Below, one piece after another: positions 1 through 15,000 of a stretch of 64,000 nucleotides of DNA; the stretch's first letter is position 1, and each line of letters starts with the position of its first letter. The notes beneath the pieces were generated by a model. It had not been told where the DNA came from and made no database searches. It worked only from the letters and a program-made list of their open reading frames with translations. A program made the translations under genes and the position numbers. This DNA comes from Rebecca billardiae RCC1528 (taxonomy: Eukaryota; Protista; Haptophyta), in NCBI GenBank assembly GCA_965240325.2, contig OZ251228.1, forward strand, positions 930,001 to 994,000, read 5' to 3'.

Positions 1-3000
1 CACCGATGCCGCGAGCCGCTGCGCCACCGTGCGCGCGTCTCCGCCTGCACGCCGCGCCCAACAGCTCGGCCCAGCAGTGGCAGCCATTCTGTCGCCGCGC
101 GGCGGCCATTCCGTCACCTCGCGGCGGCCATTCCGTCACCGGCCTGCAGCCACCGCTCGGCGCGCATCTCGGAGCGCGCGGCGAGGACGCCGGCGGAGAT
201 ACAGCCACGCTTGGCAGCGTCGAGCGCCGCGTCGCGAGCGGCTGCGCCGCCGTGCGCGCGTCTCCGCCCACACGCCGCGCCCAACAGCTCGTCCCAGCAG
301 CGGCAGCCATTCCGTCGCCGCGCGGCGGCCATTCCGTCACCTCGCGGCGGCCATTCCGTCACCGGCCTGCAGGCACCGCTCGGCGCGCATCTCGAAGCGC
401 GCGGCGAGGACGCCGGCGGAGACACAGCCACGCTTGGCAGCGTCGAGCGCCGATGCCGCGAGCGGCTGCGCCGCCGTGCGCGCGTCTCCGCCTGCACGCC
501 GCGCCCAACAGCTCGTCCCAGCAGCGGCAGCCATTCTGTCGCCGCGCGGCGGCCATTCCGTCACCTCGCGGCGGCCATTCCGTCACCGGCCTGCAGCCAC
601 CGCTCGGCGCGCATCTCGGAGCGCGCGGCGAGGACGCCGGCGGAGACACAGCCACGCTCGGCAAAGTCGAACACCGATGCCGCGAGCGGCTGCGCCGCCG
701 TGCGCGCGTCTCCGCCCACACGTTGCGCCCAACAGCTCGTCCCAGCAGCGGCAGCCATTCCGTCGCCGCGCGGCGGCCATTCCGTCACCTCGCGGCGGCC
801 ATTCCGTCACCGGCCTGCAGCCACTGCTCGGCGCGCATCTCGGAGCGCGCGGCGAGGACGCCGGCGGAGACACAGCCACGCTCGGCAAAGTCGAGCGCTG
901 ATGCCGCGAGTGGCTGCGCCGCCGTGCGCGCAACTCCGCCTGCACGTTGCGCCCAGCAAGCTCGTCCCAGCAGCGGCAGCCATTCCGTCGCCGCGCGGCG
1001 GCCATTCCGTCACCTCGCGGCGGCCATTCCGTCACCGGCCTGCAGCCACCGCTCGGCGCGCATCTCGGAGCGCGCGGCGAGGACGCCGGCGGAGACACAG
1101 CCACGCTCGGCAAAGTCGAGCGCCGATGTCGCGAGCGGCTGCGCCGCCGTGCGCGCGTCTCCGCCCGCACGTTGCGCCCAGCAAGCTCGTCCCAGCAGCG
1201 GCAGCCATTCCGCCGCCGCGCGGCGGCCATTCCGTCACCTCGCGGCGGCCATTCCGTCACCGGCCTGCAGCCAACGCTCGGCGCGCATCTCGGAGCGCGC
1301 GGCGAGGACGCCGGCGAAGACACAGCCACGCTTGGCAAAGTCGAGCCCCGATGCGGCCAGCGGCTGCGCCGCCGTGCGCGCAACTCCGCCCGCACGTTGC
1401 GCCCAGCAAGCTCGTCCCAGCAGCGGCAGCCATTCCGTCGCCGCGCGGCGGCCATTCCGTCACCTCGCGGCGGCCATTCCGTCACCGGCCTGCAGCCACC
1501 GCTCGGCGCGCATCTCGGAGCGCGCGGCGAGGACGCCGGCGGAGACACAGCCACGCTCGGCAAAGTCGAGCACCGATGCCGCGAGCGGCTGCGCCGCCGT
1601 GCGCGCGTCTCCGCCCACACGTTGCGCCCAACAGCTCGTCCCAGCAGCGGCAGCCATTCCGTCGCCGCGCGGCGGCCATTCCGTCACCTCGCGGCGGCCA
1701 TTCCGTCACCGGCCTGCAGCCACTGCTCGGCGCGCATCTCGGAGCGCGCGGCGAGGACGCCGGCGGAGACACAGCCACGCTCGGCAAAGTCGAGCGCCGA
1801 TGCCGCGAGTGGCTGCGCCGCCGTGCGCGCAACTCCGCCCGCACGTTGCGCCCAGCAAGCTCGTCCCAGCAGCGGCAGCCATTCCGTCGCCGCGCGGCGG
1901 CCATTCCGTCACCTCGCGGCGGCCATTCCGTCACCGGCCTGCAGCCACCGCTCGGCGCGCATCTCGGAGCGCGCGGCGAGGACGCCGGCGAAGACACAGC
2001 CACGCTTGGCAAAGTCGAGCCCCGATGCGGCCAGCGGCTGCGCCGCCGTGCGCGCAACTCCGCCCGCACGTTGCGCCCAGCAAGCTCGTCCCAGCAGCGG
2101 CAGCCATTCCGTCGCCGCGCGGCGGCCATTCCGTCACCTCGCGGCGGCCATTCCGTCACCGGCCTGCAGCCACCGCTCGGCGCGCATCTCGGAGCGCGCG
2201 GCGAGGACGCCGGCGGAGACACAGCCACGCTCGGCAGCGTCGAGCACTGACGCCGCGAGCGGCTGCGCCGCCGTGCGCGCGTCTCCGCCCGCACGTTGCG
2301 CCCAGCAAGCTCGTCCCAGCAGCGGCAGCCATTCCGTCGCCGCGCGGCGGCCATTCCGTCACCTCGCGGCGGCCATTCCGTCACCGGCCTGCAGCCACCG
2401 CTCGGCGCGCATCTCGGAGCGCGCGGCGAGGACGCCGGCGGAGACACAGCCACGCTTGGCAGCGTCGAGCGCCGATGCCGCGAGCGGCTGCGCCGCCGTG
2501 CGCGCGTCTCCGCCCGCACGTTGCGCCCAGCAAGCTCGTCCCAGCAGCGGCAGCCATTCCGTCGCCGCGCGGCGGCCATTCCGTCACCTCGCGGCGGCCA
2601 TTCCGTCACCGGCCTGCAGCCACCGCTCGGCGCGCATCTCGGAGCGCGCGGCGAGGACGCCGGCGGAGACACAGCCACGCTTGGCAGCGTCGAGCGCCGA
2701 TGCCGTGAGCGGCTGCGCCGCCGTGCGCGCGTCTCCGCCTGCACGCTGCGCCCAACAGCTCGTCCCAGCAGCGGCAGCCATTCCGTCGCCGCGCGGCGGC
2801 CATTCCGTCACCTCGCGGCGGCCATTCCGTCACCGGCCTGCAGCCACCGCTCGGCGCGCATCTCGGAGCGCGCGGCGAGGACGCCGGCGGAGACACAGCC
2901 ACGCTCGGCAAAGTCGAGCACCGATGCCGCGAGCGGCTGCGCCGCCGTGCGCGCGTCTCCGCCCACACGTTGCGCCCAACAGCTCGTCCCAGCAGCGGCA

Positions 3001-6000
3001 GCCATTCCGTCGCCGCGCGGCGGCCATTCCGTCACCTCGCGGCGGCCATTCCGTCACCGGCCTGCAGCCACTGCTCGGCGCGCATCTCGGAGCGCGCGGC
3101 GAGGACGCCGGCGGAGACACAGCCACGCTCGGCAAAGTCGAGCGCCGATGCCGCGAGTGGCTGCGCCGCCGTGCGCGCAACTCCGCCCGCACGTTGCGCC
3201 CAGCAAGCTCGTCCCAGCAGCGGCAGCCATTCCGTCGCCGCGCGGCGGCCATTCCGTCACCTCGCGGCGGCCATTCCGTCACCGGCCTGCAGCCACCGCT
3301 CGGCGCGCATCTCGGAGCGCGCGGCGAGGACGCCGGCGAAGACACAGCCACGCTTGGCAAAGTCGAGCCCCGATGCGGCCAGCGGCTGCGCCGCCGTGCG
3401 CGCAACTCCGCCCGCACGTTGCGCCCAGCAAGCTCGTCCCAGCAGCGGCAGCCATTCCGTCGCCGCGCGGCGGCCATTCCGTCACCTCGCGGCGGCCATT
3501 CCGTCACCGGCCTGCAGCCACCGCTCGGCGCGCATCTCGGAGCGCGCGGCGAGGACGCCGGCGGAGACACAGCCACGCTCGGCAGCGTCGAGCACCGACG
3601 CCGCGAGCGGCTGCGCCGCCGTGCGCGCGTCTCCGCCCGCACGTTGCGCCCAGCAAGCTCGTCCCAGCAGCGGCAGCCATTCCGTCGCCGCGCGGCGGCC
3701 ATTCCGTCACCTCGCGGCGGCCATTCCGTCACCGGCCTGCAGCCACCGCTCGGCGCGCATCTCGGAGCGCGCGGCGAGGACGCCGGCGGAGACACAGCCA
3801 CGCTTGGCAGCGTCGAGCGCCGATGCCGCGAGCGGCTGCGCCGCCGTGCGCGCGTCTCCGCCCGCACGTTGCGCCCAGCAAGCTCGTCCCAGCAGCGGCA
3901 GCCATTCCGTCGCCGCGCGGCGGCCATTCCGTCACCTCGCGGCGGCCATTCCGTCACCGGCCTGCAGCCACCGCTCGGCGCGCATCTCGGAGCGCGCGGC
4001 GAGGACGCCGGCGGAGACACAGCCACGCTTGGCAGCGTCGAGCGCCGATGCCGTGAGCGGCTGCGCCGCCGTGCGCGCGTCTCCGCCTGCACGCTGCGCC
4101 CAACAGCTCGTCCCAGCAGCGGCAGCCATTCCGTCACCTCGCGGCGGCCATTCCGTCACCTCGCGGCGGCCATTCCGTCACCGGCCTGCAGCCACCGCTC
4201 GGCGCGCATCTCGGAGCGCGCGGCGAGGACGCCGGCGGAGACACAGCCACGCTTGGCAGCGTCGAGCGCCGATGCCGCGAGCGGCTGCGCCGCCGTGCGC
4301 GCGTCTCCGCCCGCACGTTGCGCCCAGCAAGCTCGTCCCAGCAGCGGCAGCCATTCCGTCGCCGCGCGGCGGCCATTCCGTCACCTCGCGGCGGCCATTC
4401 CGTCACCGGCCTGCAGGCACCGCTCGGCGCGCATCTCGAAGCGCGCGGCGAGGACGCCGGCGGAGACACAGCCACGCTTGGCAGCGTCGAGCGCCGATGC
4501 CGCGAGCGGCTGCGCCGCCGTGCGCGCGTCTCCGCCTGCACGCCGCGCCCAACAGCTCGTCCCAGCAGCGGCAGCCATTCTGTCGCCGCGCGGCGGCCAT
4601 TCCGTCACCTCGCGGCGGCCATTCCGTCACCGGCCTGCAGCCACCGCTCGGCGCGCATCTCGGAGCGCGCGGCGAGGACGCCGGCGGAGACACAGCCACG
4701 CTCGGCAAAGTCGAACACCGATGCCGCGAGCGGCTGCGCCGCCGTGCGCGCGTCTCCGCCCACACGTTGCGCCCAACAGCTCGTCCCAGCAGCGGCAGCC
4801 ATTCCGTCGCCGCGCGGCGGCCATTCCGTCGCCTCGCGGCGGCCATTCCGTCACCGGCCTGCAGCCACTGCTCGGCGCGCATCTCGGAGCGCGCGGCGAG
4901 GACGCCGGCGGAGACACAGCCACGCTCGGCAAAGTCGAGCGCTGATGCCGCGAGTGGCTGCGCCGCCGTGCGCGCAACTCCGCCTGCACGTTGCGCCCAG
5001 CAAGCTCGTCCCAGCAGCGGCAGCCATTCCGTCGCCGCGCGGCGGCCATTCCGTCACCTCGCGGCGGCCATTCCGTCACCGGCCTGCAGCCACCGCTCGG
5101 CGCGCATCTCGGAGCGCGCGGCGAGGACGCCGGCGGAGACACAGCCACGCTCGGCAAAGTCGAGCGCCGATGTCGCGAGCGGCTGCGCCGCCGTGCGCGC
5201 GTCTCCGCCCGCACGTTGCGCCCAGCAAGCTCGTCCCAGCAGCGGCAGCCATTCCGCCGCCGCGCGGCGGCCATTCCGTCACCTCGCGGCGGCCATTCCG
5301 TCACCGGCCTGCAGCCAACGCTCGGCGCGCATCTCGGAGCGCGCGGCGAGGACGCCGGCGAAGACACAGCCACGCTTGGCAAAGTCGAGCCCCGATGCGG
5401 CCAGCGGCTGCGCCGCCGTGCGCGCAACTCCGCCCGCACGTTGCGCCCAGCAAGCTCGTCCCAGCAGCGGCAGCCATTCCGTCGCCGCGCGGCGGCCATT
5501 CCGTCACCTCGCGGCGGCCATTCCGTCACCGGCCTGCAGCCACCGCTCGGCGCGCATCTCGGAGCGCGCGGCGAGGACGCCGGCGGAGACACAGCCACGC
5601 TCGGCAAAGTCGAGCACCGATGCCGCGAGCGGCTGCGCCGCCGTGCGCGCGTCTCCGCCCACACGTTGCGCCCAACAGCTCGTCCCAGCAGCGGCAGCCA
5701 TTCCGTCGCCGCGCGGCGGCCATTCCGTCACCTCGCGGCGGCCATTCCGTCACCGGCCTGCAGCCACTGCTCGGCGCGCATCTCGGAGCGCGCGGCGAGG
5801 ACGCCGGCGGAGACACAGCCACGCTCGGCAAAGTCGAGCGCCGATGCCGCGAGTGGCTGCGCCGCCGTGCGCGCAACTCCGCCCGCACGTTGCGCCCAGC
5901 AAGCTCGTCCCAGCAGCGGCAGCCATTCCGTCGCCGCGCGGCGGCCATTCCGTCACCTCGCGGCGGCCATTCCGTCACCGGCCTGCAGCCACCGCTCGGC

Positions 6001-9000
6001 GCGCATCTCGGAGCGCGCGGCGAGGACGCCGGCGAAGACACAGCCACGCTTGGCAAAGTCGAGCCCCGATGCGGCCAGCGGCTGCGCCGCCGTGCGCGCA
6101 ACTCCGCCCGCACGTTGCGCCCAGCAAGCTCGTCCCAGCAGCGGCAGCCATTCCGTCGCCGCGCGGCGGCCATTCCGTCACCTCGCGGCGGCCATTCCGT
6201 CACCGGCCTGCAGCCACCGCTCGGCGCGCATCTCGGAGCGCGCGGCGAGGACGCCGGCGGAGACACAGCCACGCTCGGCAGCGTCGAGCACCGACGCCGC
6301 GAGCGGCTGCGCCGCCGTGCGCGCGTCTCCGCCCGCACGTTGCGCCCAGCAAGCTCGTCCCAGCAGCGGCAGCCATTCCGTCGCCGCGCGGCGGCCATTC
6401 CGTCACCTCGCGGCGGCCATTCCGTCACCGGCCTGCAGCCACCGCTCGGCGCGCATCTCGGAGCGCGCGGCGAGGACGCCGGCGGAGACACAGCCACGCT
6501 TGGCAGCGTCGAGCGCCGATGCCGCGAGCGGCTGCGCCGCCGTGCGCGCGTCTCCGCCCGCACGTTGCGCCCAGCAAGCTCGTCCCAGCAGCGGCAGCCA
6601 TTCCGTCGCCGCGCGGCGGCCATTCCGTCACCTCGCGGCGGCCATTCCGTCACCGGCCTGCAGCCACCGCTCGGCGCGCATCTCGGAGCGCGCGGCGAGG
6701 ACGCCGGCGGAGACACAGCCACGCTTGGCAGCGTCGAGCGCCGATGCCGTGAGCGGCTGCGCCGCCGTGCGCGCGTCTCCGCCTGCACGCTGCGCCCAAC
6801 AGCTCGTCCCAGCAGCGGCAGCCATTCCGTCGCCGCGCGGCGGCCATTCCGTCACCTCGCGGCGGCCATTCCGTCACCGGCCTGCAGCCACCGCTCGGCG
6901 CGCATCTCGGAGCGCGCGGCGAGGACGCCGGCGGAGACACAGCCACGCTCGGCAAAGTCGAGCACCGATGCCGCGAGCGGCTGCGCCGCCGTGCGCGCGT
7001 CTCCGCCCACACGTTGCGCCCAACAGCTCGTCCCAGCAGCGGCAGCCATTCCGTCGCCGCGCGGCGGCCATTCCGTCACCTCGCGGCGGCCATTCCGTCA
7101 CCGGCCTGCAGCCACTGCTCGGCGCGCATCTCGGAGCGCGCGGCGAGGACGCCGGCGGAGACACAGCCACGCTCGGCAAAGTCGAGCGCCGATGCCGCGA
7201 GTGGCTGCGCCGCCGTGCGCGCAACTCCGCCCGCACGTTGCGCCCAGCAAGCTCGTCCCAGCAGCGGCAGCCATTCCGTCGCCGCGCGGCGGCCATTCCG
7301 TCACCTCGCGGCGGCCATTCCGTCACCGGCCTGCAGCCACCGCTCGGCGCGCATCTCGGAGCGCGCGGCGAGGACGCCGGCGAAGACACAGCCACGCTTG
7401 GCAAAGTCGAGCCCCGATGCGGCCAGCGGCTGCGCCGCCGTGCGCGCAACTCCGCCCGCACGTTGCGCCCAGCAAGCTCGTCCCAGCAGCGGCAGCCATT
7501 CCGTCGCCGCGCGGCGGCCATTCCGTCACCTCGCGGCGGCCATTCCGTCACCGGCCTGCAGCCACCGCTCGGCGCGCATCTCGGAGCGCGCGGCGAGGAC
7601 GCCGGCGGAGACACAGCCACGCTCGGCAGCGTCGAGCACCGACGCCGCGAGCGGCTGCGCCGCCGTGCGCGCGTCTCCGCCCGCACGTTGCGCCCAGCAA
7701 GCTCGTCCCAGCAGCGGCAGCCATTCCGTCGCCGCGCGGCGGCCATTCCGTCACCTCGCGGCGGCCATTCCGTCACCGGCCTGCAGCCACCGCTCGGCGC
7801 GCATCTCGGAGCGCGCGGCGAGGACGCCGGCGGAGACACAGCCACGCTTGGCAGCGTCGAGCGCCGATGCCGCGAGCGGCTGCGCCGCCGTGCGCGCGTC
7901 TCCGCCCGCACGTTGCGCCCAGCAAGCTCGTCCCAGCAGCGGCAGCCATTCCGTCGCCGCGCGGCGGCCATTCCGTCACCTCGCGGCGGCCATTCCGTCA
8001 CCGGCCTGCAGCCACCGCTCGGCGCGCATCTCGGAGCGCGCGGCGAGGACGCCGGCGGAGACACAGCCACGCTTGGCAGCGTCGAGCGCCGATGCCGTGA
8101 GCGGCTGCGCCGCCGTGCGCGCGTCTCCGCCTGCACGCTGCGCCCAACAGCTCGTCCCAGCAGCGGCAGCCATTCCGTCACCTCGCGGCGGCCATTCCGT
8201 CACCTCGCGGCGGCCATTCCGTCACCGGCCTGCAGCCACCGCTCGGCGCGCATCTCGGAGCGCGCGGCGAGGACGCCGGCGGAGACACAGCCACGCTTGG
8301 CAGCGTCGAGCGCCGATGCCGCGAGCGGCTGCGCCGCCGTGCGCGCGTCTCCGCCCGCACGTTGCGCCCAGCAAGCTCGTCCCAGCAGCGGCAGCCATTC
8401 CGTCGCCGCGCGGCGGCCATTCCGTCACCTCGCGGCGGCCATTCCGTCACCGGCCTGCAGCCACCGCTCGGCGCGCATCTCGGAGCGCGCGGCGAGGACG
8501 CCGGCGGAGACACAGCCACGCTCGGCAAAGTCGAGCACCGATGCCGCGAGCGGCTGCGCCGCCGTGCGCGCGTCTCCGCCCACACGTTGCGCCCAACAGC
8601 TCGTCCCAGCAGCGGCAGCCATTCCGTCGCCGCGCGGCGGCCATTCCGTCACCTCGCGGCGGCCATTCCGTCACCGGCCTGCAGCCACTGCTCGGCGCGC
8701 ATCTCGGAGCGCGCGGCGAGGACGCCGGCGGAGACACAGCCACGCTCGGCAAAGTCGAGCGCCGATGCCGCGAGTGGCTGCGCCGCCGTGCGCGCAACTC
8801 CGCCCGCACGTTGCGCCCAGCAAGCTCGTCCCAGCAGCGGCAGCCATTCCGTCGCCGCGCGGCGGCCATTCCGTCACCTCGCGGCGGCCATTCCGTCACC
8901 GGCCTGCAGCCAACGCTCGGCGCGCATCTCGGAGCGCGCGGCGAGGACGCCGGCGAAGACACAGCCACGCTTGGCAAAGTCGAGCCCCGATGCGGCCAGC

Positions 9001-12000
9001 GGCTGCGCCGCCGTGCGCGCAACTCCGCCCGCACGTTGCGCCCAGCAAGCTCGTCCCAGCAGCGGCAGCCATTCCGTCGCCGCGCGGCGGCCATTCCGTC
9101 ACCTCGCGGCGGCCATTCCGTCACCGGCCTGCAGCCACCGCTCGGCGCGCATCTCGGAGCGCGCGGCGAGGACGCCGGCGGAGACACAGCCACGCTTGGC
9201 AGCGTCGAGCGCCGATGCCGCGAGCGGCTGCGCCGCCGTGCGCGCGTCTCCGCCCGCACGTTGCGCCCAGCAAGCTCGTCCCAGCAGCGGCAGCCATTCC
9301 GTCGCCGCGCGGCGGCCATTCCGTCACCTCGCGGCGGCCATTCCGTCACCGGCCTGCAGCCACCGCTCGGCGCGCATCTCGGAGCGCGCGGCGAGGACGC
9401 CGGCGGAGACACAGCCACGCTTGGCAGCGTCGAGCGCCGATGCCGTGAGCGGCTGCGCCGCCGTGCGCGCGTCTCCGCCTGCACGCTGCGCCCAACAGCT
9501 CGTCCCAGCAGCGGCAGCCATTCCGTCACCTCGCGGCGGCCATTCCGTCACCTCGCGGCGGCCATTCCGTCACCGGCCTGCAGCCACCGCTCGGCGCGCA
9601 TCTCGGAGCGCGCGGCGAGGACGCCGGCGGAGACACAGCCACGCTTGGCAGCGTCGAGCGCCGAAGTCGCGAGCGGCTGCGCCGCCGTGCGCGCGTCTCC
9701 GCCCGCACGTTGCGCCCAGCAAGCTCGTCCCAGCAGCGGCAGCCATTCCGCCGCCGCGCGGCGGCCATTCCGTCACCTCGCGGCGGCCATTCCGTCACCG
9801 GCCTGCAGCCAACGCTCGGCGCGCATCTCGGAGCGCGCGGCGAGGACGCCGGCGAAGACACAGCCACGCTTGGCAAAGTCGAACACCGATGCGGCCAGCG
9901 GCTGCGCCGCCGTGCGCGCAACTCCGCCCGCACGTTGCGCCCAGCAAGCTCGTCCCAGCAGCGGCAGCCATTCCGTCGCCGCGCGGCGGCCATTCCGTCA
10001 CCTCGCGGCGGCCATTCCGTCACCGGCCTGCAGCCACCGCTCGGCGCGCATCTCGGAGCGCGCGGCGAGGACGCCGGCGGAGACACAACCACGCTCGGCA
10101 AAGTCGAGCACCGATGCCGCGAGTGGCTGCGCCGCCGTGCGCGCGTCTCCGCCCACACGTTGCGCCCAACAGCTCGTCCCAGCAGCGGCAGCCATTCCGT
10201 CGCCGCGCGGCGGCCATTCCGTCACCTCGCGGCGGCCATTCCGTCACCGGCCTGCAGCCACTGCTCGGCGCGCATCTCGGAGCGCGCGGCGGGGACGCCG
10301 GCGGAGACACAGCCACGCTCGGCAAAGTCGAGCGCCGATGCCGCGAGTGGCTGCGCCGCCGTGCGCGCAACTCCGCCCGCACGTTGCGCCCAGCAAGCTC
10401 GTCCCAGCAGCGGCAGCCATTCCGTCGCCGCGCGGCGGCCATTCCGTCACCTCGCGGCGGCCATTCCGTCACCGGCCTGCAGCCACCGCTCGGCGCGCAT
10501 CTCGGAGCGCGCGGCGAGGACGCCGGCGGAGACACAGCCACGCTCGGCAAAGTCGAGCGCCGATGTCGCGAGCGGCTGCGCCGCCGTGCACGCGTCTCCG
10601 CCCGCACGTTGCGCCCAGCAAGCTCGTCCCAGCAGCGGCAGCCATTCCGCCGCCGCGCGGCGGCCATTCCGTCACCTCGCGGCGGCCATTCCGTCACCGG
10701 CCTGCAGCCACCGCTCGGCGCGCATCTCGGAGCGCGCGGCGAGGACGCCGGCGGAGACACAGCCACGCTCGGCAAAGTCGAGCACCGACGCCGCGAGCGG
10801 CTGCGCCGCCGTGCGCGCGTCTCCGCCCACACGTTGCGCCCAACAGCTCGTCCCAGCAGCGGCAGCCATTCCGTCGCCGCGCGGCGGCCATTCCGTCACC
10901 TCGCGGCGGCCATTCCGTCACCGGCCTGCAGCCAACGCTCGGCGCGCATCTCGGAGCGCGCGGCGAGGACGCCGGCGAAGACACAGCCACGCTTGGCAAA
11001 GTCGAGCCCCGATGCGGCCAGCGGCTGCGCCGCCGTGCGCGCAACTCCGCCCGCACGTTGCGCCCAGCAAGCTCGTCCCAGCAGCGGCAGCCATTCCGTC
11101 GCCGCGCGGCGGCCATTCCGTCACCTCGCGGCGGCCATTCCGTCACCGGCCTGCAGCCACCGCTCGGCGCGCATCTCGGAGCGCGCGGCGAGGACGCCGG
11201 CGGAGACACAGCCACGCTCGGCAAAGTCGAGCACCGATGCCGCGAGCGGCTGCGCCGCCGTGCGCGCGTCTCCGCCCACACGTTGCGCCCAACAGCTCGT
11301 CCCAGCAGCGGCAGCCATTCCGTCGCCGCGCGGCGGCCATTCCGTCACCTCGCGGCGGCCATTCCGTCACCGGCCTGCAGCCACTGCTCGGCGCGCATCT
11401 CGGAGCGCGCGGCGAGGACGCCGGCGGAGACACAGCCACGCTCGGCAAAGTCGAGCGCCGATGCCGCGAGCGGCTGCGCCGCCGTGCGCGCAACTCCGCC
11501 CGCACGTTGCGCCCAGCAAGCTCGTCCCAGCAGCGGCAGCCATTCCGTCGCCGCGCGGCGGCCATTCCGTCACCTCGCGGCGGCCATTCCGTCACCGGCC
11601 TGCAGCCACCGCTCGGCGCGCATCTCGGAGCGCGCGGCGAGGACGCCGGCGAAGACACAGCCACGCTTGGCAAAGTCGAGCCCCGATGCGGCCAGCGGCT
11701 GCGCCGCCGTGCGCGCAACTCCGCCCGCACGTTGCGCCCAGCAAGCTCGTCCCAGCAGCGGCAGCCATTCCGTCGCCGCGCGGCGGCCATTCCGTCACCT
11801 CGCGGCGGCCATTCCGTCACCGGCCTGCAGCCACCGCTCGGCGCGCATCTCGGAGCGCGCGGCGAGGACGCCGGCGGAGACACAGCCACGCTCGGCAGCG
11901 TCGAGCACCGACGCCGCGAGCGGCTGCGCCGCCGTGCGCGCGTCTCCGCCCGCACGTTGCGCCCAGCAAGCTCGTCCCAGCAGCGGCAGCCATTCCGTCG

Positions 12001-15000
12001 CCGCGCGGCGGCCATTCCGTCACCTCGCGGCGGCCATTCCGTCACCGGCCTGCAGCCACCGCTCGGCGCGCATCTCGGAGCGCGCGGCGAGGACGCCGGC
12101 GGAGACACAGCCACGCTTGGCAAAGTCGAGCGCCGATGCCGCGAGCGGCTGCGCCGCCGTGCGCGCGTCTCCGCCCGCACGTTGCGCCCAGCAAGCTCGT
12201 CCCAGCAGCGGCAGCCATTCCGTCGCCGCGCGGCGGCCATTCCGTCACCTCGCGGCGGCCATTCCGTCACCGGCCTGCAGCCACCGCTCGGCGCGCATCT
12301 CGGAGCGCGCGGCGAGGACGCCGGCGGAGACACAGCCACGCTTGGCAGCGTCGAGCGCCGATGCCGTGAGCGGCTGCGCCGCCGTGCGCGCGTCTCCGCC
12401 TGCACGCTGCGCCCAACAGCTCGTCCCAGCAGCGGCAGCCATTCCGTCACCTCGCGGCGGCCATTCCGTCACCTCGCGGCGGCCATTCCGTCACCGGCCT
12501 GCAGCCACCGCTCGGCGCGCATCTCGGAGCGCGCGGCGAGGACGCCGGCGGAGACACAGCCGCGCTTGGCAGCGTCGAGCGCCGATGCCGCGAGCGGCTG
12601 CGCCGCCGTGCGCGCGTCTCCGCCCGCACGTTGCGCCCAGCAAGCTCGTCCCAGCAGCGGCAGCCATTCCGTCGCCGCGCGGCGGCCATTCCGTCACCTC
12701 GCGGCGGCCATTCCGTCACCGGCCTGCAGCCACCGCTCGGCGCGCATCTCGGAGCGCGCGGCGAGGACGCCGGCGGAGACACAGCCACGCTTGGCAGCGT
12801 CGAGCGCCGATGCCGTGAGCGGCTGCGCCGCCGTGCGCGCGTCTCCGCCTGCACGCTGCGCCCAACAGCTCGTCCCAGCAGCGGCAGCCATTCCGTCACC
12901 TCGCGGCGGCCATTCCGTCACCTCGCGGCGGCCATTCCGTCACCGGCCTGCAGCCACCGCTCGGCGCGCATCTCGGAGCGCGCGGCGAGGACGCCGGCGG
13001 AGACACAGCCACGCTTGGCAGCGTCGAGCGCCGATGCCGCGAGCGGCTGCGCCGCCGTGCGCGCGTCTCCGCCCGCACGTTGCGCCCAGCAAGCTCGTCC
13101 CAGCAGCGGCAGCCATTCCGTCGCCGCGCGGCGGCCATTCCGTCACCTCGCGGCGGCCATTCCGTCACCGGCCTGCAGCCACCGCTCGGCGCGCATCTCG
13201 GAGCGCGCGGCGAGGACGCCGGCGGAGACACAGCCACGCTTGGCAGCGTCGAGCGCCGATGCCGTGAGCGGCTGCGCCGCCGTGCGCGCGTCTCCGCCTG
13301 CACGCTGCGCCCAACAGCTCGTCCCAGCAGCGGCAGCCATTCCGTCACCTCGCGGCGGCCATTCCGTCACCTCGCGGCGGCCATTCCGTCACCGGCCTGC
13401 AGCCACCGCTCGGCGCGCATCTCGGAGCGCGCGGCGAGGACGCCGGCGGAGACACAGCCACGCTTGGCAGCGTCGAGCGCCGATGCCGCGAGCGGCTGCG
13501 CCGCCGTGCGCGCGTCTCCGCCCGCACGTTGCGCCCAGCAAGCTCGTCCCAGCAGCGGCAGCCATTCCGTCGCCGCGCGGCGGCCATTCCGTCACCTCGC
13601 GGCGGCCATTCCGTCACCGGCCTGCAGCCACCGCTCGGCGCGCATCTCGGAGCGCGCGGCGAGGACGCCGGCGGAGACACAGCCACGCTTGGCAGCGTCG
13701 AGCGCCGATGCCGTGAGCGGCTGCGCCGCCGTGCGCGCGTCTCCGCCTGCACGCTGCGCCCAACAGCTCGTCCCAGCAGCGGCAGCCATTCCGTCACCTC
13801 GCGGCGGCCATTCCGTCACCGGCCTGCAGCCACCGCTCGGCGCGCATCTCGGAGCGCGCGGCGAGGACGCCGGCGGAGACACAGCCACGCTTGGCAGCGT
13901 CGAGCGCCGATGTCGCGAGCGGCTGCGCCGCCGTGCGCGCGTCTCCGCCCGCACGTTGCGCCCAGCAAGCTCGTCCCAGCAGCGGCAGCCATTCCGCCGC
14001 CGCGCGGCGGCCATTCCGTCACCTCGCGGCGGCCATTCCGTCACCGGCCTGCAGCCAACGCTCGGCGCGCATCTCGGAGCGCGCGGCGAGGACGCCGGCG
14101 AAGACACAGCCACGCTTGGCAAAGTCGAACACCGATGCGGCCAGCGGCTGCGCCGCCGTGCGCGCAACTCCGCCCGCACGTTGCGCCCAGCAAGCTCGTC
14201 CCAGCAGCGGCAGCCATTCCGTCGCCGCGCGGCGGCCATTCCGTCACCTCGCGGCGGCCATTCCGTCACCGGCCTGCAGCCACCGCTCGGCGCGCATCTC
14301 GGAGCGCGCGGCGAGGACGCCGGCGGAGACACAGCCACGCTCGGCAAAGTCGAGCACCGATGCCGCGAGCGGCTGCGCCGCCGTGCGCGCGTCTCCGCCC
14401 ACACGTTGCGCCCAACAGCTCGTCCCAGCAGCGGCAGCCATTCCGTCGCCGCGCGGCGGCCATTCCGTCACCTCGCGGCGGCCATTCCGTCACCGGCCTG
14501 CAGCCAACGCTCGGCGCGCATCTCGGAGCGCGCGGCGGGGACGCCGGCGGAGACACAGCCACGCTCGGCAAAGTCGAGCGCCGATGCCGCGAGTGGCTGC
14601 GCCGCCGTGCGCGCAACTCCGCCCGCACGTTGCGCCCAGCAAGCTCGTCCCAGCAGCGGCAGCCATTCCGTCGCCGCGCGGCGGCCATTCCGTCACCTCG
14701 CGGCGGCCATTCCGTCACCGGCCTGCAGCCACCGCTCGGCGCGCATCTCGGAGCGCGCGGCGAGGACGCCGGCGGAGACACAGCCACGCTCGGCAAAGTC
14801 GAGCGCCGATGTCGCGAGCGGCTGCGCCGCCGTGCGCGCGTCTCCGCCCGCACGTTGCGCCCAGCAAGCTCGTCCCAGCAGCGGCAGCCATTCCGCCGCC
14901 GCGCGGCGGCCATTCCGTCACCTCGCGGCGGCCATTCCGTCACCGGCCTGCAGCCACCGCTCGGCGCGCATCTCGGAGCGCGCGGCGAGGACGCCGGCGG